DNA of 11,452 nt from a virus (IMGVR_UViG_2660238548_000003:1-11452), one strand, 5' to 3'. Positions 1-7,330 are shown, counted from the stretch's first letter. A program made the numbers and translations. Notes: a model not told the origin generated them from the sequence alone.

Positions 1-110
1 TTATCAGTGTCTTTTTTCGTTACCGATTCCAATTCAAGTTCGTTCAGACGATGACGAAGTGTGTGTGCTGCAATCTCCTGGATTGAAGGAGGTAAATCTT
101 TAAATTCCAT
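1..110 (-). CDS. Small protein, 5' end present and 3' end running off the window (YdfB-like by position in a dicB-type operon)
   Basis: Minus-strand ATG at 110-108 preceded by GAGG 6 nt upstream and directly after the ydfA-like stop; reads MEFKDLPPSIQEIAAHTLRHRLNELELESVTKKDTD to the window edge. Not in the ORF track because it is truncated. Assignment rests on synteny only. Confidence 0.45.
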   Translation of the reverse strand, partial: MEFKDLPPSIQEIAAHTLRHRLNELELESVTKKDTD

Positions 111-121
111 CGTCAACCTCA

Positions 122-274
122 TCAGTCAGTGTTTCTGGCTAACCAGCGACGCGCGCCAGCTTCAGTTTTAAACGTTTTGCTTCTGGTATACGTCATCGCG
201 GTAAACGTGCCGTCCAGGTTGGGGAATACTCCGTATACCAGAGATTCGTTGTTGCCAAGATCGATAGTATCCAT
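122..274 (-). CDS. ydfA: YdfA-like small protein (50 aa), first gene downstream of dicA in the dicB-type operon
   Basis: Track ORF 122..418 trimmed to the internal ATG at 274-272, which has a GAGG Shine-Dalgarno 5 nt upstream; the longer start would overlap the operator repeats. Product MDTIDLGNNESLVYGVFPNLDGTFTAMTYTRSKTFKTEAGARRWLARNTD. Size and position immediately downstream of dicA match ydfA. Confidence 0.6.
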   Translation of the reverse strand: MDTIDLGNNESLVYGVFPNLDGTFTAMTYTRSKTFKTEAGARRWLARNTD

Positions 275-351
275 GTTGACCTCATTTCCCCTTAACGCCG
301 GGTAGCGGAACTGTTTGCTGAGAACACCGTGCGGTGTCTTGATGCAAGCAA

Positions 352-404
352 GATTAGTCATGGCTAACAAATTGGTCAAGCATTTTTGTTTGCCATGACT
401 AACA
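352..404. promoter_or_regulatory. Two operator-like sites (352-369 and inverted 387-404), consensus TGTTAG-TCATGG-CTAACA; likely DicA operator at the promoter of the leftward ydfA operon
   Basis: 17-bp exact repeat TTAGTCATGGCTAACAA at 354-370 and 900-916; an inverted 16/17 copy at 386-402. Sits between the dicA terminator-like palindrome and the ydfA start. A -35-like TTGACC lies on the minus strand at 374-379. Confidence 0.55.
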
Positions 405-420
405 TTTTGGGCAACCAAAA

Positions 421-445
421 AGATAACGCATTGATTGCGTTATCT
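421..445 (-). terminator. Palindrome AGATAACGCA-ttgat-TGCGTTATCT overlapping the dicA stop; candidate intrinsic terminator insulating dicA from the downstream operon
   Basis: Perfect 10-bp inverted arms with a 5-nt loop; on the minus strand it is followed by a U5 run, and on the plus strand by TTTTGTTTGTT, so it could act in either direction. Stem is only moderately GC-rich. Confidence 0.45.
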
Positions 446-847
446 TTTGTTTGTTCGTTGACGGGCTTTTAATAACTCTTCAAAGAGTTTGTTGAAATTT
501 TTTACTCGGGCGCGCATCTCGGTGAGCTGAGCATCCTGTTCTGATTCAGGCAATGCATTAAAAAGCTCAAGGAGCTCATGTTCTTTGGGGGATAGAGCAA
601 CTGGCTCCTCAATAGGTGGTGATGGCTGCTTGTCTTCATCGCCAAATAGAATCCATGTTGGCGAGCACTGCAGTACTTTGCTGAGGGCAAAAAGATTCTT
701 TCCTGTAGGTTCGCTATCATCCCGCTCCCATTGTGAAACCGATACGTGAGAAATTTTCAGGGCTTTAGCAAGAGACCTTTGGGTGTATTTGAGGTTTTTT
801 CGGCGATATCTAATGCGTTCGCCAATGGTTAAATTTTTTGTATCCAT
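440..847 (-). CDS. dicA: DicA-like repressor (135 aa, XRE-family HTH, no S24 peptidase domain)
   Basis: Track ORF 440..847. N-terminal HTH segment TQRSLAKALKISHVSVSQWERDDSEPTGKNLFALSKVL; 135 aa; divergent from a 76-aa Cro-like gene, with ydfA-like and ydfB-like ORFs downstream. Sequence matches my recollection of E. coli DicA closely. Confidence 0.85.
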   Translation of the reverse strand: MDTKNLTIGERIRYRRKNLKYTQRSLAKALKISHVSVSQWERDDSEPTGKNLFALSKVLQCSPTWILFGDEDKQPSPPIEEPVALSPKEHELLELFNALPESEQDAQLTEMRARVKNFNKLFEELLKARQRTNKR

Positions 848-869
848 AGTTAGCTAATGCTAAATCTTA

Positions 870-915
870 TTGACTATGTTTTTGTTAACATCTATTTTGT
901 TAGTCATGGCTAACA
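870..915 (+). promoter_or_regulatory. Candidate dicC promoter (-35 TTGACT 870-875, -10 TATTTT 893-898) overlapping a perfect palindromic operator TGTTAG-tcatgg-CTAACA (898-915)
   Basis: 17-bp spacing between the hexamers; the operator is the third copy of the repeat seen at 354-370 and shares the 6-bp inverted arms. Lies in the dicA-dicC divergent intergenic region. Confidence 0.5.
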
Positions 916-930
916 ATTAAGGTGCTTTAA

Positions 931-1161
931 ATGCTTAAAACTGACGCACTTTTGTATTTCGGTTCAAAAACAAAACTTGCACAAGCTGCTGGTATTCGTT
1001 TGGCTTCGCTTTATAGCTGGAAAGGGGAGCTAGTACCTGAAGGTCGCGCGATGCGCCTGCAAGAGGCATCCGGCGGGGAACTTCAGTACGACCCCAAAGT
1101 TTATGACGAATATCGTAAGGCAAAGCGGGCGGGGCGGTTGAACAATGAAAATCACCCCTGA
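931..1161 (+). CDS. dicC: DicC-like Cro-type regulator (76 aa)
   Basis: Track ORF 931..1161. AAGGTG Shine-Dalgarno 6 nt upstream of the ATG; 76 aa; divergent from dicA; matches my recollection of DicC (MLKTDALLYFGSKTKLAQAAGIRLASLYSWKG...). Confidence 0.8.
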   Translation: MLKTDALLYFGSKTKLAQAAGIRLASLYSWKGELVPEGRAMRLQEASGGELQYDPKVYDEYRKAKRAGRLNNENHP

Positions 1162-1666
1162 ACAGGTTTGTGAGGCTCTGGATGCCTGGGTATGTCGACC
1201 AGGAATGACACAGGAGCAGGCGACGATATTAATCACGGAAGCATTCTGGGCTCTGAAAGAACGCCCGAACATCGATGTTCAACGCGTCACGTTTAATGAT
1301 GGCGAGGTTGATCAACGGGCGCTGGGCGTTAACCGGGTGAAGATATTCGAACGCTGGAAAGCTATCGACACCAGGGATAAGCGGGAAAAATTCACGGCGC
1401 TGATTCCGGCAATTATGGAGGCTATCCGGATCAGCGATTTCAGATTGTATTGTGAAATTACTGACGGAAAAAGCATTACGTACATGATCGCCGGGTTAAA
1501 CAAAGAATATGGCGATGTGGTGGAGTCCGGGCTGCTTTTTGCGGATCCAGCTGTTGTGGAACGTGAAACTGACGAGCTTATAGAAAAAGCTATTGCTTTC
1601 AAGCATGCGTATCGTCAGCAATATCAACAAAAAGCCGGATGGAATTATGAGTCTTCTTTTTGCTGA
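1145..1666 (+). CDS. YdaT-like (CII-like) early regulator, 173 aa
   Basis: Track ORF 1145..1666; overlaps the dicC stop by 17 nt. Position immediately after the Cro-like gene, and N-terminus MKITPEQVCEALDAW plus a KIFERW...LIPAIMEAI segment, resemble Rac YdaT as I recall it. Family assignment unverified. Confidence 0.55.
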   Translation: MKITPEQVCEALDAWVCRPGMTQEQATILITEAFWALKERPNIDVQRVTFNDGEVDQRALGVNRVKIFERWKAIDTRDKREKFTALIPAIMEAIRISDFRLYCEITDGKSITYMIAGLNKEYGDVVESGLLFADPAVVERETDELIEKAIAFKHAYRQQYQQKAGWNYESSFC

Positions 1667-2612
1667 ACGCCCACTGGTTATTAACACTCAGCTGGCGATG
1701 AAAATAGGTCTGAACGAAGCCATTGTGTTACAGCAGCTGCATTACTGGTTGAGAGATACCGGTTCCGGCATGGAATGTGATGGTGTTCGCTGGATTTATA
1801 ACACAACAGAACAATGGCTGGAACAGTTCCCGTTCTGGTCAGAGTCAACGTTAAAACGCGCATTTGCAAGTCTGAAAACGCTGGGGCTTTTGCGTTGCGA
1901 AAAGCTCAACAAATCAAAGCGTGATATGACTAATTTTTACACGATTAATTACGAGAGCGAGCTTTTAGATGGTGGCAAAGTGAGCGAATCCATCAGGTCA
2001 AAATGCGCCGCTCCATCAGGTCAAAATGACACGATGGAAGAGGCCAAAATGGCACGCTCCATTGGTTCAAAACGACCCAATGTCATCGGGTCAAAATGGC
2101 CTGATGATCTTACAGAGAATACAACAGAGATTACTACAGAGAATAAAAACACTTCTCGTCCGGAAGCTTCGCAACCGGACATGCAGACGGCTGAACAGGA
2201 TTTTTTAAACCGACACCCTGACGCGGTTGTGTTCAGTGCGAAAAAACGCCAGTGGGGCAGCCAGGAGGATTTAGCGTGTGCGCAGTGGATCTGGGGACGA
2301 ATCGTGAGTCTTTACGAGCAGGCTGCCAGCGATGATGGCGAAATCATGCGACCGAAAGAACCAAACTGGACTGCATGGGCCAATGATGTGCGCACAATGC
2401 GGATGCTGGATGGCAGAACTCACAGACAAATTTGCGAAATGTTTGGTCGGGTACAGCGGGATCCATTCTGGGTAAAAAACGTCATGAGCCCGTCAAAGCT
2501 TCGCGAAAAATGGGATGAGCTGGTTATTCGTCTGGGGCGTTCGCCTGTACAGCGTTGTGTAAAACATATTTCTGAACCGGACACCGAAATTCCGCCGGGA
2601 TTCAGGGGGTAA
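1647..2612 (+). CDS. Replication initiator, lambda O-like / YdaU-like, containing the ori iterons
   Basis: Track ORF 1593..2612 begins at a TTG; I prefer ATG 1647 (MSLLFAERPLVINTQLAMKIGLNEAIVLQQLHYWL), with ATG 1605 as an alternative. Internal direct repeats at 1987-2099 are typical of an origin inside an O-type gene; immediately followed by a DnaC-like gene. Confidence 0.7.
   Translation: MSLLFAERPLVINTQLAMKIGLNEAIVLQQLHYWLRDTGSGMECDGVRWIYNTTEQWLEQFPFWSESTLKRAFASLKTLGLLRCEKLNKSKRDMTNFYTINYESELLDGGKVSESIRSKCAAPSGQNDTMEEAKMARSIGSKRPNVIGSKWPDDLTENTTEITTENKNTSRPEASQPDMQTAEQDFLNRHPDAVVFSAKKRQWGSQEDLACAQWIWGRIVSLYEQAASDDGEIMRPKEPNWTAWANDVRTMRMLDGRTHRQICEMFGRVQRDPFWVKNVMSPSKLREKWDELVIRLGRSPVQRCVKHISEPDTEIPPGFRG
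1987..2150. repeat. Origin-like iteron array: five ~19-bp direct repeats at ~23-bp spacing with core TCAAAATG, then an AT-rich tract with three tandem ACAGAGA(A/T)TA 12-mers
   Basis: Repeat units start at 1987, 2010, 2033 (degenerate), 2056 and 2081; for example AATCCATCAGGTCAAAATG and GCTCCATCAGGTCAAAATG. AT-rich repeats lie at 2111-2145. All are inside the O-like CDS, as in lambda ori. Confidence 0.7.
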
Positions 2613-2618
2613 CGAAGC

Positions 2619-3359
2619 ATGAAAAATATTGCGACAGGCGGTGTTCTTGAACGCATCCGTAAGCTGGCTCCGCAGCATGTAACCGCGCCATACCGAACAG
2701 TGGACGAGTGGCGCGAGTGGCAACTTGCAGAAGGCCAGAAGCGTTGTGAGGAGATCAACCGCCAGAATCGTCAGTTGCGGGTGGAAAAAATTCTGAATCG
2801 CTCCGGCATCCAGCCGTTGCACCGCAAGTGCTCGTTTGCGAATTACCAGGTGCAGAATGACGGCCAGCGATACGCGTTGAGCCAGGCGAAATCCATCGCC
2901 GATGAACTGATGACCGGATGCACAAATTTCGCATTCAGCGGAAAACCTGGTACCGGGAAAAACCACTTAGCGGCGGCTATCGGGAATCGCCTGCTGAAAG
3001 ATGGCCAGACAGTGATTGTGGTTACCGTGGCTGATGTTATGAGTGCTCTACACGCCAGCTATGACGACGGGCAATCAGGCGAAAAATTTTTGCGGGAACT
3101 GTGCGAAGTGGATCTGCTGGTTCTTGATGAAATTGGCATTCAGCGCGAGACGAAAAACGAGCAGGTGGTACTGCACCAGATTGTTGACCGCCGGACGGCA
3201 TCACTGCGCAGTGTCGGGATGCTGACAAACCTGAATCATGCCGCAATGAGCACGCTTCTTGGTGAGAGGATTATGGACCGGATGACCATGAACGGTGGTC
3301 GTTGGGTGAATTTTAACTGGGAGAGCTGGCGGTCAAACGTTGGACGTCAGGGTATGTGA
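2619..3359 (+). CDS. DnaC-like helicase loader (AAA+ ATPase), YdaV-like, 246 aa
   Basis: Track ORF 2619..3359. Walker A FSGKPGTGKNHLAAAIG and Walker B LLVLDEIG; length and motifs match DnaC/IstB-type loaders; directly downstream of the O-like gene. Confidence 0.85.
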   Translation: MKNIATGGVLERIRKLAPQHVTAPYRTVDEWREWQLAEGQKRCEEINRQNRQLRVEKILNRSGIQPLHRKCSFANYQVQNDGQRYALSQAKSIADELMTGCTNFAFSGKPGTGKNHLAAAIGNRLLKDGQTVIVVTVADVMSALHASYDDGQSGEKFLRELCEVDLLVLDEIGIQRETKNEQVVLHQIVDRRTASLRSVGMLTNLNHAAMSTLLGERIMDRMTMNGGRWVNFNWESWRSNVGRQGM

Positions 3360-3384
3360 GAATTTTTAACGAGGTGAATTTTCG

Positions 3385-4155
3385 ATGGAAACCGTATTAC
3401 ATGCACTGAAAGCGATGGGAAAAGCCAATTCTGTTGAACTGGCGGCACGAATTGATATCAGCCGTGAAGAAGTTCTCAACGAACTGTGGGAGCTCAAAAA
3501 AAATGGCGTTGTTGATAAAACGGGTCACACCTGGTTTCTGGCTGTCGAAGGTGAATCCCGGGTAACCGAAGAGCGGCCAGTAAAATCTGAAACACAGGAT
3601 ATGCTGACCGAAGAGGTCGCTCCAAAAGTTAGCGCTAACATGATGATTGAGTTTATCGGTCAGGATGGGGCTAAAACCTGTGAAGAAATAGCGGGTAAGT
3701 TCGGTGTCAGTACTCGCAAGGTTGCTTCCACGCTGGCGGTGGTAACCGCAACGGGGCGGCTGGCACGCGTTAATCAGAACGGTAAATTTCGTTACTGCAT
3801 GCCGGGCGATAATTTACCAGCAGAGCCGAAAGCCGCGCTGGTAACGGAAAGTGATGGTAAGGCCTTTTCTCAGCCAGCAGGTGCTGCGTTACCAGTCCGG
3901 GAAGCCGCAACACAGGAAGAAATTAAAACAGAAACTGTGGCGGACATTGTGCAGCCGTTGCCATCGTTTACCGAAACGCAAGCAGATGAGCTGATTTTTC
4001 CGTCCCTTCGCAGGGCAAACCTGGCGCTGCGCAGGGCGAAAAGTGATGTTCAGAAGTGGGAGCGAGTCTGCGCCGCGCTGCGGGAGCTGAACAAGCACCG
4101 GGATATTGTTCGACAGATTACTGATTCTTCCCGCCGTGTTGTATCGGAAAAGTGA
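3385..4155 (+). CDS. Hypothetical protein, 256 aa
   Basis: Track ORF 3385..4155. GAGGTG Shine-Dalgarno 8 nt upstream of the ATG; long clean ORF in the operon direction. No family recognised with confidence. Confidence 0.6.
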   Translation: METVLHALKAMGKANSVELAARIDISREEVLNELWELKKNGVVDKTGHTWFLAVEGESRVTEERPVKSETQDMLTEEVAPKVSANMMIEFIGQDGAKTCEEIAGKFGVSTRKVASTLAVVTATGRLARVNQNGKFRYCMPGDNLPAEPKAALVTESDGKAFSQPAGAALPVREAATQEEIKTETVADIVQPLPSFTETQADELIFPSLRRANLALRRAKSDVQKWERVCAALRELNKHRDIVRQITDSSRRVVSEK

Positions 4156-4170
4156 TTGCCGGAGGCGCTT

Positions 4171-4563
4171 ATGGCAAAAGTATTTACACCAGAAGAGCGG
4201 GAAGAAGTGAAGGCGCGCATTGTGGAATTCGTGCGCCTGAGCGGACGAGAAACTTTTCGACAACTGGCAGATAAAACGGGTGTCAGTAAGACCGCTATTC
4301 GTCGTTTATCTGGTGCGCTTGCGGCCAGTGGTGATGTCTGGCTCTCTGGTTGCGGGGTATTTCCATCAGAGCAGGCGTATCGCGTATGGCGTAAGACACC
4401 GGAGAAGGCTGCTGACCCGACACTGATTCGAAAGTTACCTGACGGAGAAATACGTCGTTACAACAGACGGCAGAACATAATTTGTCGTGAGTGCCGCCAG
4501 AGCGAAGTTATGCAGCGTGTGCTGGCGTTCTATCGGGGAAACTTTCAGGAGGTGATGGAGTGA
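4171..4563 (+). CDS. Hypothetical protein, ~130 aa, with an HTH-like segment and a C-terminal CxxC
   Basis: Track ORF 4156..4563 starts at a TTG; ATG 4171 has GGAGG 5 nt upstream. Contains FRQLADKTGVSKTAIRRL and ICRECRQ. Confidence 0.55.
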   Translation: MAKVFTPEEREEVKARIVEFVRLSGRETFRQLADKTGVSKTAIRRLSGALAASGDVWLSGCGVFPSEQAYRVWRKTPEKAADPTLIRKLPDGEIRRYNRRQNIICRECRQSEVMQRVLAFYRGNFQEVME

Positions 4564-4856
4564 GGGTGAGAGTTTATATTGCCGGTCCAATGACGGGATA
4601 TGAAAATTTCAACCGTGAGGCGTTTCACAAGGCGGAAGAGGAACTGAAACGGGAAGGGCATACCGTCTTAAACCCGGCAGTACTTCCGGACGGGCTGACA
4701 CAGCCGCACTACATGGATATTTGCATGGCAATGATTCGTTGCGTGGATGCGATTTACATGCTGAATGGCTGGCAGCGGTCAGCGGGCGCTAAGGCAGAGC
4801 TGGCACTGGCGGAGAAACTGGGACATGCGGTGATTTATCAGGAGGTGGCTCAATGA
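4560..4856 (+). CDS. DUF4406-like protein (nucleoside 2-deoxyribosyltransferase-like fold family), ~98 aa
   Basis: Track ORF 4491..4856 trimmed to GTG 4560, which overlaps the upstream stop (GTGA) and has AGGAGG 8 nt upstream. Motifs VYIAGPMTGY, VLNP and NGWQRSAGAKAELALA match my recollection of DUF4406 proteins. Unverified. Confidence 0.6.
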   Translation: MRVRVYIAGPMTGYENFNREAFHKAEEELKREGHTVLNPAVLPDGLTQPHYMDICMAMIRCVDAIYMLNGWQRSAGAKAELALAEKLGHAVIYQEVAQ

Positions 4857-5467
4857 GAGAGGTTAACTATGAGGCGCTTCGTGAAGCAGCAGAGAAAGCA
4901 ACTAAAGGATGCTACATCGTAGGGCATACATCGGGCAATCAGCATGGGAATATAACAGGAGTTTTTGTTTGTCAAAAATGGAAAGGAGAACCCGGTGGCG
5001 TGATTGCGGAATGTCATGTTAACTGCCTGATTGAATCAGATGCTCAGGCTTATGCAAACGCTGAATTCATAGCAGAGGCTAACCCGGCTACCGTGCTGGA
5101 ATTACTGGATGAACTGGAAGCCCAAAGCAAACGCATTGCAGAGCTGGAGACTAATCTTGCTGCGCTTGCGGCGGAGAATGCGGGGCTGAATAAATTTATC
5201 GTACAGAGTTGCTACGTGTTTGATGGCGAGCAGGATGAACTATCTGATGCGTATATCTGTGCAATAGACGGAAGGATGCCGCAAATCCCAGCCACCGACG
5301 CTTTCCTGGCGGATGTGCGGGCTGGGGCGTTTAACGACCTTTGCGCGGCGTTTGTCAGGCACGCAAAAATTGCAGGACTGGACGATGGCGATCTCGTTAC
5401 GGTGAAAGAAGCGACTGATGCGCTGCTGCACTGTGCAGAACAGCTTCGGGAGGGATTCAAGCAATGA
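4853..5467 (+). CDS. ead/Ea22-like family protein, 204 aa
   Basis: Track ORF 4853..5467. ATGA start/stop overlap with the upstream gene and GGAGG 6 nt upstream. Contains NPATVLELLDELEAQSKRIAELETNLAALAAENAGL, a coiled-coil signature I associate with Ea22-like prophage proteins. Confidence 0.5.
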   Translation: MREVNYEALREAAEKATKGCYIVGHTSGNQHGNITGVFVCQKWKGEPGGVIAECHVNCLIESDAQAYANAEFIAEANPATVLELLDELEAQSKRIAELETNLAALAAENAGLNKFIVQSCYVFDGEQDELSDAYICAIDGRMPQIPATDAFLADVRAGAFNDLCAAFVRHAKIAGLDDGDLVTVKEATDALLHCAEQLREGFKQ

Positions 5468-5748
5468 GTGAATCAAAATGTCAGATTAATGGCAATCAGA
5501 TAGAGCCGTGCGCGGCGTTGTCAAAATCTCTCGAATATGGAAATCCAACGTTCAAGAGTAAAGGGATATTTATCCCGGAGCGTGTGAACATAAACACTGG
5601 CGAGTCAGGCTTGGATATTGCTCAAATTCACTCTGGGAAATATATCGGTCGTGGCGTTGCAATGTGCTTTTGCCCGTTCTGTGGTGAAAGTTTGAAAACG
5701 TGGGAGGAAACGAGTGAGCAATACAAAAAATCATGGCATGAAATTTAA
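5464..5748 (+). CDS. Hypothetical small protein, 94 aa, with a C-terminal CPFCGE motif
   Basis: Track ORF 5464..5748. ATGA overlap with the upstream stop (translational coupling). Function unknown. Confidence 0.5.
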   Translation: MSESKCQINGNQIEPCAALSKSLEYGNPTFKSKGIFIPERVNINTGESGLDIAQIHSGKYIGRGVAMCFCPFCGESLKTWEETSEQYKKSWHEI

Positions 5749-6319
5749 AGGAACACCAGGTCCATGGCATGTAAGTTTCCACGGTTCAGCTAATTGCTGG
5801 GTAGTGGATAGTGAACGCGATAAGGCAATTGCTAAGGTGACAGAATACAACAATGACTGGCAGATGCAGAAAGCTAATTTTCAGCTTTTAGCGGCAGCAC
5901 CAGAATTACTTGAAGCCCTGCAAGCGGTGGTTCGTGTTGCTGACAGAAAAACCGATGAATTCGAAATGGCCCATTCTGCAATTAACAAAGCATTAGGAGT
6001 GATACTGATGAACGTAATTAAAGAAATACCAGTAATGCGTGATGAATATGGCTGCTGGACGCATCCTGAATATGAAAAATTCTGTGATGGTCGGGAATAT
6101 ATTTCAACGGAAGAGTTTAACGCCTGGATGGAGGAAAATAATCTTCAATACGTCCTCTGCTTCAGAGATGAAGGATGTGCTGACCTTGATGCGTGTGATG
6201 CTGATATTTCTGCATGGGAACCGGAACGACCAGAGGGCGATGGCTGGTTTATTGGTTCCATTCATGATACGGAAGATGGCCCGGTTTGTGTCTGGTTGCG
6301 AAATAAGGCTGAAGCATAA
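5714..6319 (+). CDS. Hypothetical protein, 201 aa, with an Ea22-like N-terminal motif (GTPGPWHV...LLAAAPELLEAL)
   Basis: Track ORF 5714..6319. GTG start with GGAGG 6 nt upstream; overlaps the previous gene by 35 nt. An in-frame ATG at 5738 is an alternative start without a Shine-Dalgarno. Confidence 0.55.
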   Translation: MSNTKNHGMKFKGTPGPWHVSFHGSANCWVVDSERDKAIAKVTEYNNDWQMQKANFQLLAAAPELLEALQAVVRVADRKTDEFEMAHSAINKALGVILMNVIKEIPVMRDEYGCWTHPEYEKFCDGREYISTEEFNAWMEENNLQYVLCFRDEGCADLDACDADISAWEPERPEGDGWFIGSIHDTEDGPVCVWLRNKAEA

Positions 6320-6423
6320 AGGCGATAAACCAACTAACAACTAAATACTGAAGATTTAAATCAGAAACGATTTTTATTAAATCCTTAACCGGAGGGATTC
6401 CTGCACCCTCAGAACATCAGGAG

Positions 6424-6441
6424 GCCGCCCGAAAGGGCGGT
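6424..6441 (+). other. GC-rich hairpin with a GAAA (GNRA) tetraloop in the 6320-6516 intergenic region
   Basis: GCCGCCC-GAAA-GGGCGGT. No U-run follows on either strand, so it is not a canonical intrinsic terminator; possibly an mRNA-stabilising or processing element. Confidence 0.4.
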
Positions 6442-6516
6442 AATAAAAATGGCAGAACTAACTAAAGAATGGTTGCAACAAACAATTACTGATATTCAGA
6501 GCAATTGAGGTGAGAA

Positions 6517-6687
6517 ATGCGGATGGAAAATTGTTTATTGCCGTATCTGGTGCGGTTTGGGGCGTCGTCATTAACAGTTATTCCACATGTCATGATGGCT
6601 GACAATATTATCCCGGCACCAAAGCGCCATACCGGTATTGCAGCGGCGCGACGTGCAGCAAAGAGACGCAGGAGAGCAAAACGATGA
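6517..6687 (+). CDS. Small basic ORF (56 aa, or ~31 aa from the internal MMADN start), not in the ORF track
   Basis: ATG 6517 with GAGGTG 4 nt upstream; ends ...RRAAKRRRRAKR with a TGA overlapping the next ATG (ATGA at 6684). Coding status uncertain. Confidence 0.35.
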   Translation: MRMENCLLPYLVRFGASSLTVIPHVMMADNIIPAPKRHTGIAAARRAAKRRRRAKR

Positions 6688-6875
6688 AAAACCGTAAAGC
6701 AAAGATGCTTATTTCCCGTGTATACAGACGTTGCTATCCCAGCCAGTGGTTGAGAGTTAGCAATCGCCGTGTGGTGTTGTACTTATATTCTGGAATTGCC
6801 AGAGAGGGAATCAAAGATAAGCGCAGCGCGGCGCAAAACCGCTGGAAAAACCACTTGCGCACTAAAGGAGCTTGA
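6684..6875 (+). CDS. Hypothetical small basic protein, 63 aa
   Basis: Track ORF 6684..6875. GGAG ~9 nt upstream; tightly packed with flanking ORFs. Confidence 0.45.
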   Translation: MKNRKAKMLISRVYRRCYPSQWLRVSNRRVVLYLYSGIAREGIKDKRSAAQNRWKNHLRTKGA

Positions 6876-6876
6876 T

Positions 6877-7086
6877 ATGGCTATTGCCGCAAGTTACACC
6901 ATGCATCTCTACTGTGATTGTCGCCAGTGTACAAATGGTAAATATCAGTCACCAGACTTCGGTGAGTATATAGGTACGTCATGGGCTGGCTGTGCAAAAG
7001 AGGCGCGCAAGGATGGCTGGCGAATAAGCAAAGACAAAACGCGTGCTTTTTCACCCGGGCATAAAGTTTTGAGGATTAACAAATGA
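6877..7086 (+). CDS. Hypothetical Cys-rich small protein, 69 aa
   Basis: Track ORF 6769..7086 trimmed to ATG 6877 (AAAGGAG 6 nt upstream), which starts 1 nt after the previous stop. Product MAIAASYTMHLYCDCRQCTNGKYQ... Confidence 0.5.
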   Translation: MAIAASYTMHLYCDCRQCTNGKYQSPDFGEYIGTSWAGCAKEARKDGWRISKDKTRAFSPGHKVLRINK

Positions 7087-7322
7087 CAACATTTACCGAC
7101 GACGACAAGAAACTAATTAAAGAAATCAAAGAGCGTATCAGCAGCCTGGAGGTTCGAGACGATATTGAGCGCCGGGCTTATGAAATAGCGTTAGCCTCGC
7201 TGGAAGCAGAGCCGGTGGCATGGCTGCATTCAGACAATGGCTTAGGTATTCCGGCAATAACGAGGAGTAAAAACATTGCTGACAGTTATCAAAGAGCTGG
7301 TATGTTCAGCCGCTATATATAG
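7083..7322 (+). CDS. Hypothetical protein, 79 aa; possibly the N-terminal part of a gene split by a frameshift
   Basis: Track ORF 7083..7322. ATGA overlap with the upstream stop and GAGGA 8 nt upstream. The downstream ORF is open in another frame across 7283-7322. Confidence 0.5.
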   Translation: MTTFTDDDKKLIKEIKERISSLEVRDDIERRAYEIALASLEAEPVAWLHSDNGLGIPAITRSKNIADSYQRAGMFSRYI

Positions 7323-7330
7323 CCAAGCCA

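Noticed and set aside
1593-1646. Longer start for the O-like gene (TTG at 1593 or ATG at 1605)
   Set aside because: The TTG is an artefact of the ORF track and ATG 1605 has no Shine-Dalgarno; ATG 1647 gives an N-terminus that begins directly at the conserved-looking domain. ATG 1605 is not fully excluded.
2493-2966. 157-aa minus-strand ORF, and similar minus-strand ORFs at 502..720, 935..1123, 1030..1272, 1312..1602, 2420..2758, 3037..3246, 3889..4263, 5212..5476, 6104..6340, 7242..7641, 8025..8333, 9062..9292, 9388..9922, 10572..10910, 11162..11356
   Set aside because: All lie antisense to, and fully overlapped by, longer plus-strand genes with ribosome-binding sites and recognisable motifs; none has a convincing start context. 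Treated as shadow ORFs.
6424-6441. GC-rich hairpin as a rho-independent terminator
   Set aside because: No U-run follows the stem on either strand (A-rich after it on plus, CUCCUG after it on minus), so it is kept only as a structural element.
6449-6508. 19-codon ORF (MAELTKEWLQQTITDIQSN) in the intergenic gap
   Set aside because: No Shine-Dalgarno, very short, and nothing to distinguish it from chance.
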